Made by a program: the position numbers and the translations under genes | The notes under the pieces: generated by a model | Database searches by the model: none | What the model was told of the DNA's origin: nothing | The model's input: only the letters and a program-made list of their open reading frames with translations | In this document: one piece after another, positions 25,381 through 38,560 of the stretch | Layout: each line of letters opens with the position of its first letter | Numbering within the stretch: the stretch's first letter is position 1 | Source of the DNA: Chiloscyllium plagiosum | Taxonomy: Eukaryota | NCBI RefSeq assembly: GCF_004010195.1 | Contig: NC_057752.1 | Span: 7,788,835 to 7,850,834, forward strand | Direction: 5' to 3' | DNA: 62,000 bases

Positions 25381-26879
25381 GCCCCTGTTCTACTTGCTAC
25401 CACTGACCTTGTCGTGGTTCTGTTCTCTTTACATCTTTTTCTGTAACAAAATTACCAAATGACCAAGAATACTTCATTTCCTCTCGAGATTCTAACTCCT
25501 GTTTTTTTTTCCAAGCTGGTTTGTTTTTATTGTCAGACCAGCCCAACTGTGTTATTTAAAATGTTGTCAACATACTAATCATACTTCATAAAATATAATT
25601 GAATATTGAAGTTGCATTAATATGCTGTTGCAGCAATATTGAAAATTATTTTCTGTGTTATGAGTAATACAGAGATTTTCAGGTGCACTGAGTAATAAAA
25701 TACTGGAGTGCCAGCCAGTACCTTTCAATATTATTCACCATCACCTTTTATGCTGCTAACATTAGGAGATGTGGAAATATTTCATGATCTGACCTTTATA
25801 TATAGATGTTTCCAGGCACTTATGAAATCCTCCTATAATCAGACTGTCAGATCATTAGAAGATTTACAAATATTGGCAAGCAAAGGCCAAATCCAACGAA
25901 TTGGCAGTAATAAAGGTTATAAAGAATAATAACAAAGGCCTTGAAATGAGTATCCCTTCTTAATTAATTCCACTATAACATCTGTTCCCATACAACCTAC
26001 CCCACATACACTTCCCCAGGATTGGTAGCATTCTCTGAAGTCTAGCACAACAAAGACTCCCATAACCACACCAGCTGTGTCAATAGACAGCAGAAACCTT
26101 AGCAGAGCTTGGAAGCCAGAATCAGAATATGAGAAAATGGAAAAATATTTTAAATGCACAATGCAACATGGCCAATGCAAACTCATACACCAAACATACT
26201 GCACCCCACACAGACTCCAAGCGTTCTAACCCTCCCTGTCTGTTGAGTGTTGAACAGGATTAATTGAGATGGTACAATCCAACACTTCATGTGGTTTTAC
26301 CTCCAAATATATATGGATAACTAGAAGGATGCTGCAATGGCTATATCCAGTGTCTGAATCCTACCCAATCCTATGTATAATAAATCAGCCAGCACAATTA
26401 TTATAATTTAAGGTAAGATCAATTCTGCTGCTATGATGAAGTCCCACCACCACATATAATTTTGAGAGAATCAATGCCAACAATATGCAGCCTTTGTCTA
26501 TTACAGAGCTTGGACCTTCTTCCTGAGTCCTGTACAACAAGACATGCTCCCTCCTTCCTAATATTAACGCTACAATACTAGACAGAGGAATAGGCTGACT
26601 GGAGATAAACATGGAACTACCATATTGACATGCATGTTACAGATAGCAAAAGTACAGCGCTGCAATCAAGTAATATACCCAGAAAAACGTGTCCCAGGTC
26701 ACCCATCTATTTCTAGAAGTCTTGCATTTGAACAACGTGTTCCACAACCAAGAGAATCCAAAACACTTCACATCCAATAAAATAGCTTTGAAGAGTAGTC
26801 ACAGTTGTAGTATAGGAAAATACAGCAAGCTTCCACAAATATCAGTGGAATAAATTACCAGATAATCTGTATAATTTAT

Positions 26880-27225
26880 AGGGTCATAGAGTTATCAAGA
26901 CGTACAGCATGGAAATAGACCGTTCAGTCCAACCCATCCACGTCGACCAGATATCCTAAATTAATCTCGTCCCATTTGCCAGCACTTGGCCTATATCCCT
27001 CTAAACTCTTCCTATTCATATACCCATCCAGATGCCTTTTAAATGTTGTAATTGTACCAGCCTCCACACTTCCACTGGCAGCTCATTCCATACACGCACC
27101 ACCCTCCGCATGAAAACGTTGCCCCCTTGGTCCGTTTTAAATCTTTCCCCTCTCACCTTAAACCTATGCCCAGTAGCTCTGGACTCCCCCATCCCAGGGA
27201 AAAGACCTTTTCTATTTACCCTATG
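26880..27225 (-). mobile_element. CR1 LINE 3' end
   Basis: GHRFKVRGERFKTDQGGNVFMRRVVRVWNELP. Confidence 0.9.
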
Positions 27226-28630
27226 CAACTGGAAACACGGGTGATTTACTGATGGTGGTAAATAGATGGGGAAAAAAATACCCCCGTGATTTTTTGATGG
27301 GGAGGAAAGTTGTGTATGATAACCCTTCTGGATATAAAATAAAACAAAGGGGAAAAAAAAGGAAAAAGAAGAAAAAAACCAAACCCAGGAATGGGCTCGC
27401 AGAATTGTCTGTCCCAGGTTGGCACTAGCCTTTGTATGCCAGGAGTATTGGCTCTATTTTGGTGTTCAATAAATGAGGTTCCTTTATAGTTGTGCTTCCT
27501 GAGTTATTATATGAATGTTGGTCCTCTAGGGGGTGAGAATGGGAAGTGATTAGTAGATAATAAAGAAATGTTTGACGTAATGAATAAATATTTTGGCTTC
27601 TGGTTTCACCCATGGTTTCATGGATACAAAAACATCCTAGTAATACCTGTAAATCAGGAGGTTGAAGTAACAGAAGAGCTTTGTGAAATTATAATTACTA
27701 GGAAAGCAGTACTCAGCAAACTGACAGTGCCGTGAGTTGATAAGTCTACAGCTGAGGGACTTAAAAGAGATGGCTAATGAAGTGTTATGACCAGAGCCAA
27801 GGTGAGGTTCCCTAACTTGTTACAGTTCCAGACAGGTGTCCCAAATTATAAAGCTTCAGTTCAGAAGGGATGAACTGGTTCCCTCTCTTTAATCACCTGA
27901 TCCCTTGGTTGGTCATAATAAGGTTAAGTTAAAAGGGGTCCCTCCCTTCCCTTGTGGATACCTCTCCCAAATCAAATGAAATCTTCCTTGAGTTAATAGA
28001 AGAGTTTATTACTCAACATGAGAAGAAATAACGCAGCATACATGCATACAGATTAGAAATAAGAGGCGAGTCCAAAAAAAAAGCTAAAAGCTAAAAGATA
28101 TATTGAGGAGTCTCTGGGTCATTCAGAAAGAGTAGTTGGTGGAATGTTAATAGTTATGAAGTTAATGTCTAAATTTTTGGCTTTGTAGGCTCGCCAAAAT
28201 TCTTTTTTCCCTCAATTCCCTTTGAACCGCTTTGCCAACCAGCTTACAGCATTCACAGCAAGAGAGACCTTTACCTGCAATATAGAGGTGACTAGTGGTT
28301 GGTCGACTGTGACTTTCACAGCACATCAGCTTGAACTCAGATTAGTACATGAATACCTCAGCCAATAGCACACATGGACCAAGATTGAAACCCCCTTTTA
28401 ACTTCTACCTATGTGTATTCTTGAAAAGGGAAAATGCAAACATGTATCTTGCTAAGGGTATGTTTATGGAATATTACTATATTGGAACAGTTACTGTTTC
28501 GTAGTAAAATAGTCTATTATTTTGTCAAGTTTTCCAATAGAGTTAAGTTATTCCAATTTCTTCTTTTTCTTTGTTGTATTTTAATTGTAATGTATGAATA
28601 AAGTGTGTTTTGCTTTAAGAATGGTAGTTT

Positions 28631-31600
28631 GGGGGATTCAAGATGGTGGCAACCTAGTAGGTCTGCGTTTGCTGCGCTCTGCCCAGAAACCAGACAAAGT
28701 GGAGCATCTACCCTCCCTTCACCTCTTAATATAGCTTTTTCCTGGCTACTAGAACTACTTTGCACCAGATTTGAGTAGTTTGGTGCATTTTAACATGACT
28801 AAAGGGAGCACGGAGCTCGCAACAGGCAGGGACCCACCCTGGCAGTAATGGATGCACCCGCGGCCACCCTGGGGGACTTACCTACAGAGAAGAGCTTGAT
28901 CTCAGAGTTCATAAAATTCCAAGAGAGGATCGATGCATCGATGGAGGAGACCCGGGCCAGGTGGAATTGATGTCAGTCATGCTGCAGAGGCATGCCCTGG
29001 AGATTCAGAGTCTCAGGCAGCGTGTTGGGGGGACGGAACAACAGGCCGTAGCTTCCAAAACCACGGCCGAATCTTCTGCAAGCCAGATCCAGGCCCTGGA
29101 ACACAGAGTACAGGCCTTGGAGGAGCAGGTCGATGACCTTGCAAATCGAGATCGCCGGAAGAATATCTGGTTGCTGGGGCTTCCCGAACAGAATGAAGAA
29201 GGCCAGCTTGTCAGCTTTCTGGAGCAATGGCTCCCACAACTGCTGAGGCTGAAGTAGACCAGGTGTGGGTTGAGCGGACCCACTGGATCACAGTGTGCAG
29301 GCCTAGATTGGACCAGCGCCCCCGCCTGGTCCTAGTGTAACTCCAGCACTACAGAGACAAACAAATGTTGCTGGAGGCCTCCAGAGCACTGGGGAAGGAT
29401 CCCCAAGCTATGGTATACAAGGAATCAAGAATTATGTTTTTTCAGGACTTTTCCCCAGTTGTGATTTGCAAGAGGAAGGTCTTTGATGAGGTAAAGAAGC
29501 ATCTGAGGGGCCTGAATATTTAGTATTCCATGAGATATCCAGCAATACTATGTTTCAGTTACGGAGAGTCAGTGTTTAACTTTGATTTGTCAGAAAAGGC
29601 AAAGGAATTCTTGGACCCTTTAAAATAGATTGATTGGCCTGAATTATATGGACAATTATTTTACTCTGACCCTTTCTCCCATTTTTTTTCTTTTTTGTTT
29701 TTGTCTGTAATTTGCTTGGTTTACCTGGTTGTTGGGGGCTTATTTTGGTTTTCCTTTCAATATATGTTGGGATTATAATTTTGTATAATTTTTTGGTGTT
29801 GTTGTTCTGCCAGGAGTGCCTAGGGTTGCAGTATGGAAGGGACGGGTTATAAGATATTGGTATCTGTTTTTCTTACTTTGTGGTGTCTGGGGCGAGGGCA
29901 TGGCTCCAGCTAGGAGAGATCATGGTGGGATTATCGGGTGGTAGGGGTGCCCTCTGTGGACAAGGGAGAAAGTCACCTTTTAGTTATGCTTTATGTTGTT
30001 TTTTTTTTAGAAGTAGTTGTTAGTAGTTTTGATTTAGTAGTTTTAAAAGTTGTATTTTTAAATCTGTGTGAACTGTTTATGGTTTTTACTTGGCGCGCTA
30101 CGAGTGGGGTTCTTCTTCCCGGGGGGGTCTCGGATGATCAGGGTTAGCCATTCGTTTAAATGGTGCATCTGGAATGTTAAAGGGAGTCACTCACCAAATA
30201 AAAGAAAAAGGATATTGTCAAGTCTTAGAAAAGGTCAATATAGCCTTATTACAGGAAACACACTTAACTGATAAGGAGCATTTGAAGTTGCAACAGGGAG
30301 GATCCGGCCAGACGTCTTTCTCATCTTTTAACTTGAAAAGTAGAGAAGTGGCCATTTACATCTGGAAGAACCTCCTGTTTCAAAAGCTAGGCCAAATAAA
30401 GGATGCATCTGGGCGGTTCATAATACTTAAAGCTTAACTACATGGAGAGAAATGTGGGACTCAGAACGTATACACCCCCCCCCCCACACATTCCTTTAAA
30501 TTCATAATAGATATGTTGTCCAGATTGATGGACCTTGGGGCGCATCATCCAATTATAGGGGGAGATTTCAACTGCATTATTGACCCTGAGGTGGACAGGA
30601 TGCCATGGGGTCCTGCGGCTATATCGCCATAATCTAGGCAACTGGTGGACCTGAACAGGGAGTTGGGATTGCTGGATGTATGGTGATGACTTCACCCCAA
30701 GGGTAGAGATTTTACCTTTTATTCTAACCCACATAAGTACCATACCAGAATTCTTTGTCCCGTCGACCTTTTTGAACTTGGTATTATCCTGCAAAATAGG
30801 GAATATAGCTGTTTCTGACCATGCGGCAGTGTATATGAAGGTTAAGGTCGGAGGTGGTGAGGTGAATTCCCAGCACTGGCATGTGGACCCTTTTCTCCTG
30901 AAAGATAGTAAGTTTATAGAATACTTTTCGCAGGAGTTTAAAGTTTTTTGGGATATCAATTCGGGTACAGCCAGCAACTCATCGGTGATGTGGGAGACTG
31001 CCAAGACCTATGCGCAGGGCTTTGTTATCTCATATTCTGCGACCCGGAAACGACAGAGGGGAGAACAGCAGCGTCTGCTCGAGGCTCGCCTGAAGGCAGC
31101 TGAATCAGCATAACTAAATTACAGCAGATTACAGCCCTCAAGGCTATTTTGAATACTGCACTTATCCAAACAGCAAAGACAGAGATCTTATTTGCAAAAC
31201 AGAGACCATTTGAGTACGATGATAAGTCGGGTAGGTATTTAGCATACTTGACCAGAAAGAAGAATGCTCCCCAATCTATTACATCTGTTAGAGAGAGCTG
31301 GTACTTTGACTTGCGACACCAAAAAGATTAATGCAGCATTTAGTAAGTTCTATTTTGAGCTGTATCAGTCGGAGGTCTGTGAGGATAGAATGAGAAAGAT
31401 GGAGTCCTTTTTTAAGAACTTAGACCTTTTGGATGTAACCTTGGAGCAGGCGTCCTTTTTGAGTGCCCCTTTGACAATTCAGGAAGTGTAGGAGGCAGTG
31501 AGGCTGCTCCAGAGTGGAAAGTGCCCGGGCCAGATGGATTTCAAAAGTGAGTTCTATAAGGAGTTTATAGACGAACAGGCCTGGCCACTCTTGGATCTGT

Positions 31601-34327
31601 ACAATTATTCATTCAGTCAGGGTAGCCACCCATCCTCTTTGAGAGAAGCAAATATCTGTCTTATCCTTAAGAAAGGGAATGCCCCACAAGATTGTACTTC
31701 GTACAGGCCTATATCATTATTGAATGTGGATTTCCAAATCTTGTTGAAAATGCTGGCATTAAGGCTGGAGACGGTATTGCCGTTTATTGTAAAGGAGGAC
31801 CAGACAGGTTTTATTAAGGGTCGTAGGTCTACCAATAATATCAGAAGAGTATTAAATATGGTCCAAGTATGTAAGCAAACAGCGATACCAGGTTTGGTAG
31901 TTTTCCTGGACGCAGAAAAAGCGTTTGATCGAGGGAAATGGCCGTACCTTTTTTATGTCATGGAACGGTTTGGTCTTTGAGAGGTTTTTACCAAATAGGT
32001 GACAGTGCTGTATAGTGACCCGAAAGCAGCGGTGCTCACTCATGGTATAAGATCAGATAATTTTAGTGTTGGCAGAGGCTGTCATCAAGGGTGCCCTCTT
32101 TTGCCACTATTATTTACATTGGTGATCGAGCTGCTGGCGGAAGCCATTCGGATGGATCCCAATATAATTACCCTGGGAGGTAGGATCAGGCAGGCATAAA
32201 ATTACTCTTTATGCAGATGATGTCCTTCTCTTTTTAACTGATCCAATGACATCCATGCCCGGCTTAATACAAGTGGTTAATTTATTTGGTGTGTTTTCAG
32301 GTTACAAAATTAATTTCATGAAATCAGAGGCCATGCCTGTGGTGGGTCTTACCAGTATGTCCAACTTTGGGGATGGAACCAGTTTCCCCTTTCAGTGGTC
32401 ACAGGGAGGTTATTTTTTGTACTTAGCCATTTTTATTACCCCAGTTTTTGATCAGTTATATAAAGCCAATTATGTGCAGTTATTAGAGAAAATTAGGCAG
32501 GACCTTCAGCGCTGGGAGAATCTTCTGATATCTTGGTTGGGCAGAATAGCTCTGGTCAAGATGAATGTTCTTCCTCGCCTATTATATCCCATGGGAATAC
32601 TCCCCTTGATGTTGCCAAGGCAAACACTGCGCAGGCTTTACAGCTGGCTCGGGTCTTTTATTTGGCATCATAGGCAACCCCTTATTAAGCTGGATAAATT
32701 GCAGCTTTCGCAAGAAAGGGGAGGTCTAGATTTTCCAGATTTTAGGAAGTACCAACTGAGTTCCTTGTTATCCTATGTGGCTGATTGGGCCTCTTATGAC
32801 GCGCGATCAATCTGGTTGGATATCGAGGCCTCTCAGGCAAAATGCCCCCTTATTAACTTGTTATTTATGGACAAGATGAGAACTGTTACGAATCACTATA
32901 ATAGTCCAATTGTCCTAAACACAGTCAAAGCTCGAAGGATGATGTGGCAGGGCAAGGGTAATTTACAAAAAACCTCCCCTTTCACTCCTATAGTGGGATT
33001 GTTGGGGTTTCAACCAGGTTTGATGGACTCTGGCTTTAAGCTTTGGGAGTCCAGAGGAATCTCCTGTTTGGGAGACTATTCGATGGGGAAGTCACAATGT
33101 CCTTTGAACAGCCAGGTCAGAAGTTCGGGGTACCTAGGAAGGATCTCTTTCGATATTTCCAAGTTAGAGACTTCATACCCAAAAAAAAAAGACTACATTG
33201 ATGGTTAACCCTTACAAATTGGACATGGAGAGGAGTGTGCTCCGGTCAGCGGGCGCCCCCACGGTTAGCACTCTATCACTTACTAGGTAGTAACGTGTTG
33301 AAGGACTTGGGATGACTATGTAAAACCTGGACTCAAGAATTAGGGATAGAAATCTCTTCAGAGATGTGGGAAGACACTTGGGAAAATGTTAGGAAGATCT
33401 CTATTTGTAATAGGACTCAGGCTATTCAATTGAAAGTACTACATAGGGCCCACCTGGCACAGTTTGTGATGTTTAAGACAGGAGCATCCCCAACGTGCCC
33501 CAAGTGTAAAACGGAGGTTGGTACTCTTACCCATTGTTTATGGACATGCCACAAGATCCGCAGGTATTGAGATAACATAGCGAGTGCTTTGGCAAAGGTA
33601 TTGGGAACTGAGATTGGGTTGGATCCGGGGTCCCTCCTTTTGGTTTTCCAAATCTTCCTTTCCTGGATGTACGTGGAAAGAAATTGTTTACTATTCTTTC
33701 TTTCTATGCTAGGAAGAACATTTTAATGAGCTGGGTATCAAAAAATCTCCCAGGACTCTCGAGCTGGCATAGGATAGCTATGGAACACATCCCCCTGGAC
33801 TTCCTTACAAAAATATGAAGCACCAGAAAACGGAATGGTTCTATAGAACATGGCAGCCCTTTGTGAATTATATTGATGTAGATGTATCGGCTATATTATC
33901 CAGGGCCTTTGTCTAGCCGTGGGGACTGTGCCTGTCGGTTTGGGGGCCCCTGGGAGGAAGAATCCCATATAAATAAGTGTTTATTCACTATTGCTCCCAG
34001 TGTTGGGGAGCTGTGATGAGAGTGCACGGAGTGTAGTAATTTAATCGAATGTAACTTAAGCTACCTTGTTATAACTTAGTACAATTTTAAATTTTGCCTA
34101 TTTTCTTCTTCTTTTCTATTGGTTATTTATTGAACTGTAGTTTTTAATAGAGTTTTTTTGTGTTTTGGTAGTTTACGGAGTAGATTAGTGATAGGGTTAG
34201 GATTAGGATTAGGGCTTGTTTTTTTTGTTGTTGTTGCTATTATATTGTACAGTGGCCATACTATTTTGTACTAGTTTTGTAATTTTGTAAAAAACCTAAA
34301 ATTTTTTTTCAAAAAATGAAAAAAACA
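28631..34327 (+). mobile_element. Full-length, decayed L1 LINE
   Basis: 5' gggggattcaagatgg. ORF1 about 28795-29628. ORF2 about 30135-33917 with EN (LLQETH, GDFN, SDH), RT (YRPISLLN, DAEKAFD, QGCP, YADD) and CPKC...HCLWTC. A tail. TSD agaatggt(a/g)g(t/c)tt. Confidence 0.95.
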
Positions 34328-34590
34328 GAATGGTGGCTTAACCAATCAAATTGCATCTGGAATGCAATGTCTGGCACTTGCCTTTAAAGTAAGGAAAAGT
34401 TAGGGTCTAGATTATATTGTACAGTGGCCTTACTATTTTGTACTAGTTTTGTAATTTTGTAAAAAACCTAAAATTTTTTTTCAAAAAAGTCTTTATGAAA
34501 AAAAAAAGAATGGTGGCTTAACCAATCAAATTGCATCTGGAATGCAATGGCTGGCACTTGCCTTTAAAGTAAGGAAAAGTTAGGGTCTAG
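34239..34590 (+). repeat. Tandem duplication of the L1 3' junction (34239-34410 and 34411-34590)
   Basis: Two near-identical copies of L1 tail, poly-A and flanking LTR sequence. Confidence 0.9.
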
Positions 34591-35782
34591 GCTTTTACTT
34601 AATATATTTTGAGGGGGTTTGGTCTGGTCCATAACACACTCTAGCCAGCAACGGAATTTAAATCTACAATTGTCTTTTGACAGTACCTCCTCTTTCAAAA
34701 CAAAAATGCTGCAATTCAGAGTTCAATAGGTGATCCATGATCATGCCAGTAGATGCATTGGTGTTAGTTTTCCAAAATTTGTTTAATTCTCGAAAGGTGA
34801 CATTAGACTAGAAAGTAACAAATATAACTATTCTATTCAAGGAGGTTTGGAGAATAGGAAATAGGAAATAATGATGTCTGTCATGGAGAAGATGTAAAAT
34901 TGATCATTAAGCAAGTTATAACTGGGCACACGGAAAAGTTAAAGATAATTGGGAAGAGTCAGCATGGTTTTGTGATAGGGAAATTATGTTTAACCAATTT
35001 AATGAAATTCTTTGAAAGAGTAATATGCTCAATAGATAAAATTATTACTGCTAAAGGCAAGCCATTAATGTACTGTACCTGCAATTCCATAAGGTATTTG
35101 ACAGGATTCTATATATAAAATTCTCTTTTTATTCACACATGGGATGTGGGCAACACTGGTTGGCTAGCATTTATTGCCCATCCCCAGTTGCCCTTGAGAA
35201 GGTGAAGATGACTATAGGATGAGGGAGGAGTTGACTAAAGTAGACTGGAAGCAAACACTTAATGGTGGTACATTTGATGAACAGTGGAGGATTTTCAAAG
35301 CAATTTTCAAAGTGCTCTGCAAAAGCATATACCAGTGAAAAAGAAGGGCTGTAGGAAAAGGGATAATCTGCCATGGATGTGTAAGGAAATAAAGGAGGCT
35401 ATCAAATTGAAAGAGAAGGATACAAAGTAGCCAAGATCAGCAGGAAACTAGAAGATTGGGAAAGCTTTAAAAGATCAACCAAAGCCACAAAAAAAACCTA
35501 TAAAGAAAAGTAAGATGGACTATGAGAATAAACCAGCTCAGAATATAAAGACAAATAGCAGCAATGTCTATAAACATATAAAACAAAAAAAAGAGTGGTT
35601 AAAGTAAACACTGGTCGTTTAGAGGATGAGAAGGGGGATTTAGTAATGAGATAGGAGGAAATGACTGAGACATTGAACAGATATTTTGTGGAATCATTGT
35701 GGAAGACATAAATAACATGCCAGTAATTCATGAAGGTAGATGAGGACCTGGAAATGATCATTATCATGAAAGAGTAGTGTTG

Positions 35783-36690
35783 ATCGACGTGATCGACGAT
35801 GCCCTCCACCGCATCTCTTCCACTTCCCGATCCTCCGCCCTTGAACCCCGCCCCTCCAACCGCCACCAGGACAGAACCCCACTGGTCCTCACCTACCACC
35901 CCACTAACCTCCATGTACAGCGCATCATCCGCCATCATTTCCGCCACCTCCAAACGGACCCCACCACCAAGGATATATTTCCCTCCCCTCCCCTATCAGC
36001 ATTCCGTAAAGACCACTCCCTCCGTGACTCCCTCGTCAGATCCACNNNNNNNNNNNNNNNNNNNNNNNNNNNNNNNNNNNNNNNNNNNNNNNNNNNNNNN
36101 NNNNNNNNNNNNNNNNNNNNNNNNNNNNNNNNNNNNGGCCACATCGGGTACAGGGGATGCAATAGATGATATGTGTGGAGGTACAGGTGAATCTGTGGCG
36201 GATATGGAAGTTTCCTTTGGGGCCTTGGAGGGAGGTGAGAGGGGAGGTGTGGGCGCAAGTCTTGCACCTCCTGTTTAAGCAGTCTTGACTATATTGATAA
36301 GACAGTGAAAATGAGATTAGATTGCTACCCTCGTGAGATATGGCAGCTGGTCTATGAAAATTCATCTCATGCACAAGCCAAAACACACCATTTTTGATCA
36401 CTATGTCCTGATAGAATCTTCTTCCCCACCTCTCCGCCCCCACCCCAATCTGTCCTATCACCCTCACCTTGACCTTTTTCCACCTATCACATTTCCGACG
36501 CCCCTCCCCCAAGTCCCTCCTCCCTATCTTTTATCTTAGCCTGCTGGACAAACTTTCCTCATTCCTGAAGAAGGGCTAATGCCCGAAACGTCGATTCTCC
36601 TGTTCCCTAGATGCTGCCTGACCTGCTGCGCTTCTCCAGCAACACATTTACGTCTCTGATCTCCAGCATCTGCAACCTCATTTTCTCTTC
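35783..36690. mobile_element. Rearranged Penelope-like insertion (+/-/filler/+)
   Basis: RTPLVLTYHP on +, HIIYCIPCTRCG on -, then a + strand terminus with a hammerhead. 14-bp TSD at 35769-35782 and 36691-36704. Confidence 0.9.
36561..36596 (+). ncRNA. Minimal hammerhead ribozyme motif (Penelope) with GUC cleavage triplet
   Basis: ATTC CTGAAGA A GGGC-TAAT-GCCC GAAA CG TC GATT. Confidence 0.8.
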
Positions 36691-36858
36691 AAAGAGTAGT
36701 GTTGGGCAAGCTAATGGAGCTAAGGGTAGACAAGTCTCCTAGCCCTGATGGAATGCATCCCAGAGTACTAAAATGATGGGAGAAATAGCAAATAGACTGT
36801 GGTAATTTTCCAAAATTCACTGTTCTCTGGGGAAGTTCCAGCAGATTATAAAACAGTG

Positions 36859-38560
36859 GTGTGAATGCCACTTTCCACTTGTCATCCCAAGACTGGATAT
36901 TGTCCAGATCTTGTTGCATTTGAACATGGGCTTGCTTCAGTATCTGAGAACTGTGAATGGTGCTGAACATTGTGCAATCATCAGTGAACATCCCCACTTC
37001 TGACCTTATGAGGGAGAGAAAATCATTGATGTAGCAGCTGAAGATGTTTGGGCCTTGGATACTGCCCTGAGGAACTCCTGCGGAGATGCCCTGGACATGA
37101 CTGACCTCAAACAACCACAACCATCTTCCTTTATGCCAGGTATGATTCCAAACAGTGGAGAGTTTGCCCCTTGATATCCATGGATTCTAGTTTTGCTCAG
37201 GCTCTTTGATGCTACACTCGGTCAAGTGCGACCTTGATGTCAAGAGCTGTCCTTCTCACCTCACCTCTGGAATTCAGCTCTTTTGTCCACGTTTGAAGCA
37301 AGGCTATAATGAGGTCAGGAGCTGAGTGGCCTTGGTGGAACCTAAATTGGGCGTCACTGAGCAGGTTATTGCTGAACAGGTGCTGTTAGAGAGCACTGTT
37401 GATTACGCTTTCCATCAAGAGTAAACTGACGGGGCAGTATTTGGCCAGGTTAGATCCGTCCTGTATTTTTTTGTACAGGACATACTTGGGCAATTTTCAA
37501 CATTGTCAGGTTGCAGCTGTACTGGAACAGCTTGTCTTGGGGAGTGGCTAATTCAGGAGTACATGTCTTCAGGACTATTGCGAGAAAGTTGTCTGGGCCC
37601 ATAACTTTTGCAGTATCCAGTCCCTCTCACTGCTTCTTGGTATCACATGGAGTGAATTGAATTGGCTGAAGTCTTGTATCCATGATGTTGGGGATGACTG
37701 GAGGATCATCCACTCAGCACTTCTGGCTAAAGATTGCTGCAAATGCTTCAGCCTTATCTTTTAAACTGATGTGTTGCACACTTCCATCATTGAGGATGGG
37801 GATATTTGTGGACCCTCCTCCTTCAGTGAGGTGTTTAATTGTCCACCATTCATGACTTGATATAGCAAGACTGCAGAGCTTAGATCTGATTTGTTGGTTG
37901 TGCGATCGCTTCACTCGGTCTATCACTTGTTGCTTACTCTGTTTGACATGTTAGTCCTAGTTGGTGGCTTCACCAGGCTGACACCTCATCTTCAGGTATC
38001 CTGGTGCTGTTCCTGGAATGCTCTCCTGCACTCTCCATTGAACTAGGGCTGATCCCCTGGCTTGATGGTAATAGTCGAGTGGGACATGAGGTTACAGATT
38101 GTGCTGAAGTACAATTCATTTACTATTGATGGCCCACAGTGCCTCATGGATGCCCAGTTTTGAGTTGCTAGATTTGTTTGGGGTCTGTCCTATTTAGTGA
38201 CAGTACCATAGAACATGATGGAGGATATTCTTAACATGAAGGTGGGAGTTCATCTTCACAAGGACTATGTAGTGGTCACTTTTACCGATACGGTCATGAA
38301 CAGATACATCTGCAGCCAGCATATTGGTAAGGATGAGGTCAAGTAAGTTTTTCCCTCTTGTGGGTTCCATCACCATTTGCTGCAGACCCAGTCTAGCAGC
38401 TTTGTTCTTTAGGACCTGACTAGTCTATCATATAGCTCTCCCAATTTTGGTACTTGCCCCAGACATTAGTAAGGAGCACTTTGCGGAGGGGGGGGGGGAA
38501 ACAGGGCTATTTTTGCCGTCTTTTCCAGTGCCTAGATTGACACCAGGTGGTCTGTCCAGT
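36859..38560 (-). mobile_element. CR1-clade LINE (family B) EN-RT fragment
   Basis: EPTRGKNLLDLILTN...SDH, KAEAFAAIFSQKC, GVPQGSIQGPNIFSCYIND...MFTDD. Confidence 0.88.

Larger units (their letters stand above)
27783..34742. mobile_element. LTR-like element(s) hosting the L1; includes an inner LTR at about 28440-34636
   Basis: Starts TGTTATGA where the CR1 stops. The inner LTR ends ggtctggtccataaca at 34636 and is continuous across the L1 TSD. Confidence 0.5.
27620..35100 (+). mobile_element. Old CR1 ORF2 fragment split by nested insertions (27620-27782 and about 34745-35100)
   Basis: LKEMA at the left joins VDALVLVFQ on the right, then KSQHGFVIGKLCLTNLMKFFE. Confidence 0.65.
35205..36858 (+). 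mobile_element. CR1 ORF2 fragment interrupted by a Penelope insertion
   Basis: CR1 sequence continues across the TSD aaagagtagtgttg into KLMELRVDKSPSPDGMHPRVL. Confidence 0.75.

Noticed and set aside
25708..26628. Possible ancient glycoprotein frame with several N-x-S/T sites
   Set aside because: About 11 stops in about 307 codons, close to chance, and no diagnostic motif.
34192..34214. Telomere-like tagggttaggattaggattaggg
   Set aside because: Too short and degenerate; lies in the L1 3' UTR.
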